Shown: positions 20,301-29,031 of the stretch, one piece after another
How the letters are laid out: every line of letters begins with the position of its first letter
Numbering within the stretch: the stretch's first letter is position 1
Virus record (IMG/VR): IMGVR_UViG_3300049043_000129
Location: 1-29,031 of that record
Source: a virus
Lineage: Duplodnaviria > Caudoviricetes
Reading direction: 5' to 3' (one strand)
DNA: 29,031 nt
The notes under the pieces: generated by a model
Told to the model about the DNA's origin: nothing
What the model saw: the letters and a program-made list of their open reading frames with translations, nothing else
Database searches by the model: none
Made by a program: the position numbers and the translations under genes

Positions 20301-23120
20301 AAAGATTTTGTTGCAGATCATTCCTCTCAAAACGAGGAAGATCTCTAACTTGTTGATCCGTAACTCTCAAGTCAATGTTGTTTGTGCTTGTTGCTCCGGG
20401 CAAATGAAGTCTACCACTCAAGTCTGTGGTAGAATATGTGAATGACATATCATCAACAACCGACGCAACTCGGAATCTTCCGTTGTATCCACGATTTTCG
20501 GTGCCAGTTAAATTGCTGCTATCCGTTACATTTTTTACAATGACGATATCACCAACATTTAAGTCGTGAGGAAGTTCAGATAAAACAGTAATTGTGCCAG
20601 AAGTTACCGAGCAAGTTGTGATGAATCTTTGATTTCTATTGTAATCATAATCTGTGCTGGCAATACTCGTTCTCGTAAAGTCATTTGGTCTAGCACCCTG
20701 TTGTGCTAGAATCTTGAATGATAAATCCTTCTTCAGGATCTTTTGCTGCAGAAAGGTTCTTTTGGAATTACTGCTCGGATTTTATAGACCTTTTCGTCTA
20801 AACTTCTTTCGTCAACGACTCTCTTTACATAAGTGAGATCGGTTGTCTCTCCTAACTCCGCAACTCCCCAGTGAATTAATTTGATTGTAAATTTGGTTTG
20901 CACTATTTACAGTGATATACCAGTTTCCTGCCGTGGAATCAAATTGAATTGGAGACCCAATATCGCCAGCGATTTCTATCCGAAACTCTACTATAAATTT
21001 TAAGTTGTGTCCCGCCATAAAGAGTTAAAGCTTCATTATTCAGAGCGTTTGTAAATGATGTTGCAAGTTTAATTTGAGTAGAATTAACTCGAATTGCATA
21101 GTAAACAATGTGTGGAGTTACATTTTCTGGTAAGTCTCCTGTTTCGCTATTGATGATAATCTTCTCACCCGTCTGAATGGCATGAGTTCCAAGAGTTAGG
21201 GTTGAAGAAGATACATTTGTTACTGAATATGTGTGGAAGGAGCTGTTACTCCATCTTGCATATAAATGTTTGCTGAATATTCTGTAGGTCCAATTGAGAG
21301 ATACAACTTATCGCTGACTCTTGCACCAATTCGATATCCCTGCGTAACACTTACAGGAATACTGTCTTCCGCATTGAGACCGAAAAGATAGAGATGCGTT
21401 GATACACCAACAGAAGTTGTCAGACCAACATCAATTGACAACCATTCAATATTTTCTTCAACTGGACTGATATCTCTTGGTGTGATAATTGATGTGATAA
21501 AAGCATTGTTGTCTTTTGAGAATGCCGCTACTTTATATCCGTCAGAATTGAGTGAAATTTGTCCAAAGTTAGAGTTTGAGTTGGTGATAGATGCATCTCC
21601 ACCAGACTCTAAATCAAAGTGTTTGTTAAAACCAATTGCAAAAACAGAAACAACCTGAATAAAAGAATCGTTTGTTACTTTAATATGACTCGTTTCCCAA
21701 CCATGACGATAGATGGCATTTGGATCTAAATGATAAACTTTTGTTGTATCTGTTTGAGAAGCACCAGTAGATAAATCTCCACCGTAAACAGTCACTATAG
21801 ATAACACCATTATAAGTTCTAGTTTCTTGGTCATATTTTACAAAAGCACGGTCATCTTTTTGGAGTGACACAGCAGTAAACTGTGCAACAACCATCGAAC
21901 GGAATCCTGATGCTTTGCTACCATCAGCGTGCATTCCATTCATACCCCAAACCGATCTTAAGGACAGGTTAAAGATGTATGGAGAAGCACCAGAAACCGT
22001 ATCCGTTTCTACAGTGACCGTTGCGCCTGATGCGCTTGGGTTAACTGGCAATGTAATCGGAAAGGTTTGGAGAAGATATGTAAATTGTGTGTCACTAATC
22101 ACTGTTTGCACAGTCGAAGCGATATTATATTCTGGAGCAGAAACTCCTCTAATCTTAATTGGAGTGCCTGCATTCAGACCATGTGCTTCTGCCGTAGTTA
22201 CTGTAACTTGTGTGCTTGCAGTCGTTCCGTTTCCAGAAATAATTGTTGCAATTTCAATAGGATCTGGAGCAAAAGCACCAACGATTTGCCATTCTGGATT
22301 TCTCTTTGCAAAATCTTCGGTGCTGGCAGGAAACTTTGCAGTCGTCGGAATTGGACGATATGAATTAAAAGCGTTTGATAGCTTGCTATAATACATATCA
22401 AGGTCAGTTAGACCATAAGTTCCAACTTCGTTGACACCATCAGCATATTCAAAACAAGTCAGCTTATGGTGAGAGAATCTTGGTGTTGATTGATAATTGC
22501 TTGTAAAGAAAGATGGATGCGTATAAACAAGTCCAGACTCATCTGCATCAAAAAATGAAAACTGCCAGAAGTAACAAGCACCAGTAACTTCTAAAAATTG
22601 CCGATTTAGCAACTAGAGGATCTGTTGGATTGGGAACATATTTTGGTCTAACTTTCGTCTTTCTTAAGTCTAAACCAACAATTGAAGTGCCTCTTGGAAT
22701 TACAACACCACCATTGACACTATTAAACTTATAGAGAATATTATCTTCCTGCGTTAAGTCAAAATTAGAATCTAATTCTAATGATAAAACTCCTTGTGCT
22801 GGAGATCCAATTCCTCCAGTTGGTGGCACAGCATAGGCAGATCCACCATTATCATAAATTGCAAAACCAGGTCGATTATCAATTAAATGCTCACCAGGCA
22901 AAACTAAAATAGTTGTTTTTTCGACTAAATCATTATCATTTCCATTCACAAAAGAAAATCTTGCTGCTTCCAGTAACGCTCTTTGAATAGTCTTAAATGG
23001 TTGAGCAAGAGAGTTGCCAGTATTCGTAATTGAATCTGTAGCATCTAAATCATTTGGATTTACATATAATGTACGCCCTTCAATATTTTTAATAAAATTA
23101 TCAAGTTTATTTAATGGCAT
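17306..23120 (-). CDS. large cyanophage tail fibre / virion structural protein (~1,900 aa) with C-terminal Peptidase_S74 intramolecular chaperone (frameshifted)
   Basis: N-terminus MPLNKLDNFIKNIEGRTLYVNPNDLDATDSI..PFKTIQRALLEAARFS; SGHTFEYLGYGPGNYSTGLPQ; C-terminal TSDQRLKDNI..FDWNEK..GVVAQEILEVLPEAV..LAVRYEKLVPLLIEAIKDL. Confidence 0.82.
17700..18275 (-). repeat. ~87-90-bp degenerate tandem repeats in the fibre shaft (~6 units, two variants)
   Basis: DLRINGNDIQASDGNTNLTLTSNTLTTFAG / DIRVGGNDIQSSSGSVALSLSG units in ORF 17781..18383. Confidence 0.85.
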
Positions 23121-23151
23121 TTTCTTATAAATTCCGGACCTTATTATCTTT

Positions 23152-23159
23152 TATTTATG
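23152..23159 (-). promoter_or_regulatory. T4-like late promoter upstream of the large fibre gene
   Basis: CATAAATA about 32 nt upstream of the ATG at 23120. Confidence 0.55.
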
Positions 23160-23211
23160 AAGTCAAATCTTCCTCGTCATAGATGTAATAGTCATCATCT
23201 GGCATATCTTT

Positions 23212-23262
23212 AGCAATAAGGTAACTTTTTGCGGATGTACTTCGTTCAGTTACCGTATTGCT
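23212..23262. other. internal back-to-back Nanopore adapters (chimera junction 1)
   Basis: AGCAATAAGGTAAC (end adapter) followed by ATGTACTTCGTTCAGTTACCGTATTGCT (start adapter); abrupt GC shift. Confidence 0.93.
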
Positions 23263-23324
23263 GAGGCAACATCCTTTTTTCGCTTCAAACCCCTTTAAGC
23301 TAGAAAAAACGCTTCTGATCCAGA

Positions 23325-24720
23325 TGGACCACATTTTGGTGCCAAAACGGGACCCGAATTGGTCCAAGCTTTTGCGCCGGGGTTTTTTGCGAAAACGGAA
23401 TGGCAACATTAGGAGGTGCCTTAACGCCAGAGAGAACGCAAAAAACGGCGGCGGTGGTGGGACCAGTTTTGGTCCCGTTCTTTATGGGACCACAATTGGG
23501 TCCCAAATTGGGAACCAGTAGATCCCCGAACGGGACCCAAAACGACCACAATTTTGAGCGCGGGTTGGTTTTCTGCCTGCGGGGCATTCATCTTCTTTGA
23601 GGCCAATTTGTTTTCACCCTGCCTATGTACGCTCGCATGCAGCTCTTCCTCCGTTTGGTATTTATTCATTTTGCGACCCAATCGTAGGCCTGTAGTTCTC
23701 TACAGCACTCATCACAATGCTCAGAGCTCTCCTTTTATTCCATGTGGTAGGAACACGCCCAGCCGGTTTTGTGGTCAGTCTGCATGGGGTGACTTCGAGC
23801 CAAACAGCTTACACAAGTGTCGCAGCCATCGAATTGGGTTTCACAGTCAAGCGAATGCGCTTTACCAGCCATGCAATAGATGACAGGCACAGATGCAGAA
23901 ATACCATATAAATTGAAGCACTTTCGTACTCTGCCCATCGCCAAAAACGCAGACCTTACACCTCCCTTGCGACTGGACCAATACACCGCAGGTCGCGGAA
24001 AGCCTGCAGACCTGACCCAACCCCTCCCGCCCCCGCAGCTCGTGCCCCCGCGAAGATCCCAGGGCCCTCAGTCCGATTTGCTTGAGTCCTGCGGAACGCC
24101 AAGGTGGCGCGCCGAGACGGCACTGCTCCTTTTTTCAAACTTGGACCCCTTTTGGCTCCAAAAAAAACACTTTGGTCCAAAAATGGGACCACTTTTGGTC
24201 CCAAAAACGGGACCGAAATTGGTCCCACTTTTTGCGCCGTTTTGCGAAAACGGAATCAGGCTAAGTTACAAATCCTATTAACGCCAGAAAAGAACGCGAA
24301 AAACGGCGGCAAAAAGTGGGACCAGTTTTGGTCCCGTTTTTGGGACCACAATTGGTCCCAAAATTGGGACCAAGATTGGTCCCAAAACGGGAACCAAAAC
24401 GACCACAATTTTGAGACGCGGGTTGGTTTTCTGCCTGCGGGGCATTCATCTCTGTTTCGAGGCCAATTTGTTTTCGCCGCTGCCCTGTGTACGCTGACGC
24501 TATGCAGCTCTTGCTGCAGTACGACTTTGGTATTTATTCATTTTGCGACCCAATCGTAGGCCTGTAGTTTCTGCACACTCATCACAATGCTCAGAGCCTC
24601 CCTCCTTTTATTCCATGTGGTAGGAACACGCCCAGCCGGTTTTGTGGTCAGTCTGCATGGGGTGACTTCGAGCCAAACAGCTTACACAAGTGTCGCAGCC
24701 ATCGAATTGGGTTTCACAGT
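23325..24720 (+). repeat. two diverged copies of a ~520-bp direct repeat (~23325-23848 and ~24185-24720) rich in GGGACC/GGTCCC hairpins
   Basis: shared blocks, e.g. CGGGTTGGTTTTCTGCCTGCGGGGCATTCATC at ~23561/24419 and TTCCATGTGGTAGGAACACGCCCAGCCGG..GGGTTTCACAGT at ~23738/24611. Confidence 0.9.
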
Positions 24721-25689
24721 GCATTCCCTTCCGTTTGTTCCCACTTTGCGGGGGTCCGCTTTTTGGGCCCTTTCCGGGCCGCGAAAAGCAGGGAGCTGGT
24801 TCCACAAAAACGCAGGAGCCGGTTCCATGTTTTTGTTCCGAGGCCCGAAGTAAAAAGGAAAGTCCACAGTTTGGAATCGTGTTTTGTGTGCGTTGACGAG
24901 ATAGACAGCGCCGAAACTGTCGACAGGAGCTCACCAGCATGATGCGCAAGGTAGCATCAGCGGAATAGCTGCAAAGTTCTCAGATCCTCCCCCATTTTTC
25001 TGGGGGGTCCCTGGTTTGGCTTTGCTTCGCCTCTCCCCGTATTCGCGTTGGGCAGCGGCAGCGAGGGCAGCGCCTCCTCCCCCTCGCCCTCGCCTGGCTC
25101 AGCCTCCCCCCCCCCGTCTCCAACATCCCACACCCCGTCCCCCCCTCACCCTGCCTCCCGCTGAGCCGTCTGCCTTTTCCAAAATTTAGTGATAAAGGAG
25201 TTTTAAGAGGGAGTTCGCCATTCGCCCGCCCCCTTCACTAGGATGACACGTTGCGGGAGCGATACAAACATGAAGCATGCCCGATCGAATTTTAAAGTCA
25301 ACCATGGCAATCCGCTTCGCTGCGCCGGCAGTATACTTGTTACTGCTGCTGCGCAGGCGCCTGCGTTTTTACTTTGTGAGCGCCTGGGTTGGGAAGCCCG
25401 GTTTTCAGGGTCCGCCGTGCGAGCCCCGATCTCCCCCCATCCCTCTCTCCATCCCGGGTCACTTTTTGTCAGGCTTCAACCCTTTTTTATAGGAGTTTTA
25501 ATAGGGGGCCGACAGGGCCCTTGCGGCCCTGTTTTCAAGGGCCGCGGTGCGACCTCCGAATCCCCCGCTCCCGCGGAGGGTTTTTTGTCAGCTTGGCCTT
25601 TTCTGGTACCAGCTTTAGTAGGGGGCCGACGCAGTCCGGGCCTGCCATTTTTGAGGCCTCCTCCGCCACCTACACTCCCTTCCTCCACC

Positions 25690-26090
25690 GCCCACTCACA
25701 CTCTTACCTCCTCACTCACTCGCGCACTCATTCGCTCGCTCGCTCGCTCGCTCGCTCGCTCACTCACTCCTTCACTCATTCAATCGCTCGCTTGCTCACT
25801 CGCTCAGCGCGCACGCCCGCGCAAGGGTTATTCCGAAATGGCGCTGCAAGAAGGAGAGAGGCAGCAGAGCGTGCAAGAGCGAAGCCGACGCGGCAGTGGC
25901 ATGGTAGCCCCTCTACCATTCACTCGCCCACTCAGTCACTCTGGCTCTCGCTCTCACTCTCGCTCTCGCTCTCACTCTCACTCTCGCTCTCACACTAACT
26001 CTTACTCTCACTCACTCCCACTCTCACTCTCACTCTAACTCTCAGTTTCACTCACTCTCACGCCCACTCACTCTAACTCACTTGCGCTCA
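25690..26090 (+). repeat. CT-rich low-complexity (CTCA/CTCG, CTCTCA) microsatellite tracts
   Basis: direct inspection. Confidence 0.8.
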
Positions 26091-26635
26091 TTTACGCTCG
26101 CACGCTCACACACGCTCGCACATTCGCACGCTCGTGCGCTCGCAAGCTCGCAAGCTGGCCCGCGCGCTAGCACGCTCGCATGCTCGCAAGCTCGCAAGCT
26201 CGCACGCTCGCGCGATCGCACGCTCGCGCCCTCGCACGCTCGCTCGCACGCTCGCACGCTCACACGCTCGCAAGCTCGCATGCACGCTCGCGCGGTCGCA
26301 CGCTCGCACGCTCGCACGCTCGCACGCTCGCAGGCTCGCAAGCTCGCCCGGTCGCTCGCACGCTCGCAAGCTCGCAAACTCGCCCGCTCGCTCGCACGCT
26401 CGCAAGCTCGCAAGCTCGCACGTTCGCACGTTCGCGCGATCGCACGCTCGCACCCTCGCACGCTCGCTCGCGCGCTCGCACGTTCGCACGCTCGCAAGCT
26501 CGCATGCACGCTCGCACGCTCGCACGCTCGCACGCTCGCACGCTCGCGCGCTCGCAAGCTCGCCCGGTCGCTCGCGCGCTCGCAAGCTCGCTCGCTCGCA
26601 CGCTCGCAAGCTCGCACGCTCGCACGTTCGCACAT
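26090..26635 (+). repeat. 8-bp GCTCGCAC/GCTCGCAA minisatellite with a ~224-bp higher-order duplication
   Basis: tandem units; variant landmarks CGCGATCGCA (~26211/26435) and GCATGCAC (~26278/26502) recur 224 bp apart. Confidence 0.88.
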
Positions 26636-26744
26636 GTCATACCCCACGTTTCATAGGTGCGTTTCATACATGCGTTTCATAGGCGCCTGGCAAAGGCAAG
26701 CCTTGTAAGCGTCAGCGGCCGCGGGGAAAGCAGCGGCGGCGGCA

Positions 26745-26928
26745 GCAGCAGTAGCAGTAGCAGTAGCAGTAGCAGTAGCAGTAGCAGCAGCATCATGCAG
26801 TAGCAGTAGCAGTAGCAGTAGCAGTAGCAGTAGCAGTGGCAGTAGCAGTAGCAGTAGCAGTGGCAGTAGCAGTAGCAGTAGCAGTAGCAGTAGCAGTAGC
26901 AGTAGCAGTAGCAGTAGCAGTAGCAGCA
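26745..26928 (+). repeat. (GCAGTA)n hexanucleotide microsatellite
   Basis: about 30 tandem units with GCAGTG variants. Confidence 0.95.
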
Positions 26929-27894
26929 GGTCAAAACAGAGTCGGGGGGCGGGGCGCGTTTCACACCACGTTTCATACCCGTTTCATACGCGTTTCATAC
27001 CTCGGCTTGCTGTGAGTCATGGCCTCCAAGCAGAAGCACTCCCCGACAGCCCACGGCCAACTGGAGCTACATCAGCGGCTTGCCTTGCAGCATGCCTCGT
27101 CGTCGTTCAGCGTGGCCCCGACGCGTTTCATGCCCGTGTTTCATACCTGCGTTTCATACCCTGTTTCATAGGGCACGTTTCATAGGGCGTTTCATACCCC
27201 GTTTCACGTCCACCCCCGGGTAATAGGAATGTAGGTGCATGCCCATATGTTCGCCAAAGCACATCGCTACCGCATCATCATGCTATATCGCATGGCAACA
27301 ATTGTCCGAATGGTACCGATTTCCACCATGTTGATGTAAATACTTGGACATCACGACAACGAGAGGCCCGTTCGTCGCCGCCGACCTTAAAAACTACGAA
27401 AAAATCATGCGATGAGGCCGCTCCAAACACGGAAAACGGGCCCGGAAAGGGCCCGAAACCGGCCGAAAACGCGACGTGCGTTCCGTCCTAGGGACGCATG
27501 AAAAACTCCACCGCCACGCCGTTCCGACACAATTTTTTTTCTGCCGACGTGCGTTTTGTGGGAAATCGCTGAAAAATCGCACGTTATGCGTCCGTGGGCC
27601 GGAATGATGGTGCCAACCGCGCCGCTGTGGAAAAACCACACTTTTTCGCGGCCGCGGCCCCCGCGGAACGGGTGCCGGCACCTGAATACAAGGTTTTAAG
27701 GAGAAAACAGGCCGCGGGCTTGCAGGTACACGTTTGGGGGATTCGATGCGATGGTGCGCATGTGTGCATGGGTGTCACATGCATGCACACAGCAACGGTC
27801 GCACGGAAGCACGCGTCCATGCCACCGATTGTCAGGGGGCGGGGGTTTGCGCGTGCGTATGTGACTCAGTGTGTGTTGAGTTAAGATGGATATG

Positions 27895-28670
27895 TGTCGG
27901 TGTGTGTGTGTGTCTGTGTGTGTGTGCTTGTGTGTCTGTTGTGTCTTGTGTGTGTGTGTCTGTGTGTCTGTGTGTCTGTGTGTCTGTGTGTCCTGTGTCT
28001 GTGTGTCTGTGTGTCTGTGTGTCTGTGTGTCTGTGTGTCTGTGTGTACGTGTGTCTGTGTGTCTGTGTGTCTGTGTGTCTGTGTCTGTGTGTGTGTGTCT
28101 GTGTGTCTGTGTGTCGTGTGTGTCTGTGTCTGTGTCTGTTTGTGTCTGTGTGTCTGTGTGTCTGTGTGTGTCTGTGTGTGTCTGTGTCTGTGTGTGTCTG
28201 TGTCGTGTGTCTGTGTGTCTGTGTGTCTGCTGTGTCTGTGTGTCTGTGTGTCTGTGTGTCTGTGTGTCTGTGTGTCTGTGTGTGTCTGTGTCTGTGTCTG
28301 TGTCTGTGTCTGTGTGTCTGTGTCTCTGTCTGTGTCTGTGTCTGTGTCTGTGTCTCTGTGTCTGTGTCTGTGTCTGTGTCTGTGTCTGTGTCTGTGTCTG
28401 TGTCTGTGTGTGTGTCTGTGTCTGTGTCGTGTCTGTGTGTGTGTCTGTGTGCGTGTGTCTGTGTCTGTGTGTCTGTGTGTGTCTCTGTGTGTCTCTGTGT
28501 GTGTCTGTGTCGTGTGTCTGTGTGTGTGTCTCTGTGTGTGTCTCTGTGTGTGTCTCTGTGTGTGTCTCTGTCTGTGTGTCTCTGTGTCTGTGTCTCTGTG
28601 TGTCTCTGTGTGTCTGTGTGTGTCTCTGTGTGTCTGTGTGTCTGTGTGTCTGTGTCTGTGTGTCTGTGTG
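27895..28670 (+). repeat. (GT)n/(GTGTCT)n compound microsatellite
   Basis: ~780 bp almost entirely GT/GTCT units. Confidence 0.95.
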
Positions 28671-28714
28671 TATGCTTGGTGTTCGCCCGCGCCCCCCGCC
28701 CCCCGCCGCCAGCC

Positions 28715-28759
28715 AGCAATACGTAATGTTTGTAAATCTACTCGTTCAGTTCATATACT
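28715..28759. other. internal Nanopore adapters (chimera junction 2)
   Basis: AGCAATACGTAA followed by degenerate TACTCGTTCAGTTCATATACT. Confidence 0.85.
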
Positions 28760-29022
28760 AACAGATGCGTCCGGATTCGTGATCGGTGAGTTCACTGCCG
28801 GAGAATATGGAATTAATGCGGGTTATTCCCGACAGATCGACAGTAACCTTACGGGTCAGGAGCGAATTTTGAAATTCATTACAGTCCAATTTGTATTTAT
28901 GGAAGGCGAGCGGCCGTCAGCTGCGGATTCTCTGCCTCAGAATTTTGCAACATTCGGATAAGAATCTCTCTGCGAGTTTTCTCATTCCAGGAATATCGGA
29001 CTGGTAACACGTCAATACACAA
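28760..29022 (+). CDS. fragment of a possible Bacteroidota PorV/PorQ-like outer-membrane protein
   Basis: [29 protein letters not shown]..(G)ANLKFI.. resembles the PorV-family beta-strand region; short and frameshifted. Confidence 0.35.
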
Positions 29023-29031
29023 AGCAATACG
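29023..29031 (-). other. Nanopore adapter remnant (read end)
   Basis: AGCAATACG. Confidence 0.8.

Larger units (their letters stand above)
34..23211 (-). mobile_element. T4-like cyanomyophage (Kyanoviridae-like) genome segment
   Basis: AT-rich, gene-dense, all genes on the minus strand; TAAATA late promoters; cyanophage-type fibre N-termini (MPLNKLDNFIKN.., MANYKKSFNFRNGVQVD..); Seg/Mob-like endonucleases; many small hypothetical genes of cyanophage style. Confidence 0.88.

Noticed and set aside
110-22391. Plus-strand ORFs in the phage segment
   Set aside because: They are antisense shadows of minus-strand genes with no recognisable motifs or RBS/promoter support.
34-23211. Mass pseudogenisation or programmed frameshifting of phage genes
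   Set aside because: Indels are spread across essential and accessory genes alike, often in homopolymers, consistent with raw long-read error.
23200-23300. Cyanophage integrated in a eukaryotic genome (endogenous viral element / HGT)
   Set aside because: The junction consists of Nanopore adapter sequences, i.e. a ligation or read chimera.
23155-23409. ORF spanning the junction
   Set aside because: Only ~23155-23211 (..KDMPDDDYYIYDEEDLTS*) is a phage gene end; the rest is adapter and unrelated DNA.
23300-27206. CRISPR array
   Set aside because: No constant 23-47-nt repeat with unique, uniform spacers, and no cas genes.
25243-28961. Long ORFs (ARSHARTL, CYCYCY, CVCVSV, HTDTQT repeats)
   Set aside because: Artefacts of stop-free microsatellites, open in several frames and both strands.

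Overview
This window looks like a raw, error-prone Oxford Nanopore read that is chimeric. Ligation-adapter sequence (TACTTCGTTCAGTTACGTATTGCT or its complement AGCAATACGTAAC) occurs at 1-33, 23212-23262, 28715-28759 and 29023-29031, splitting it into three unrelated molecules. (1) 34-23211 is an AT-rich piece of a T4-like cyanomyophage genome with all genes on the minus strand and many frameshifts from read indels. It has a late tail module: a ~1,900-aa fibre with a C-terminal Peptidase_S74 chaperone, a gp38-like Gly-rich adhesin, a small protein and a second fibre. An early region follows with an SF2 helicase, a DUF4385-like gene, an AbrB-like gene, dozens of tiny hypothetical genes and four free-standing homing endonuclease genes (HEGs; one HNH, three GIY-YIG). 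(2) 23263-28714 is GC-rich, apparently non-coding, eukaryote-like repeat and satellite DNA. (3) ~28760-29022 is a short bacterial-looking fragment, possibly PorV/PorQ-like. The most interesting signal is a ~100-nt module upstream of the HEGs: late promoter, small stem-loop RNA complementary to that HEG's own 5' leader, intrinsic terminator, second promoter, ATG. Three HEGs have the full module and the fourth has a terminator-less variant. All four HEGs end inside a conserved palindromic early-promoter element that recurs six times.
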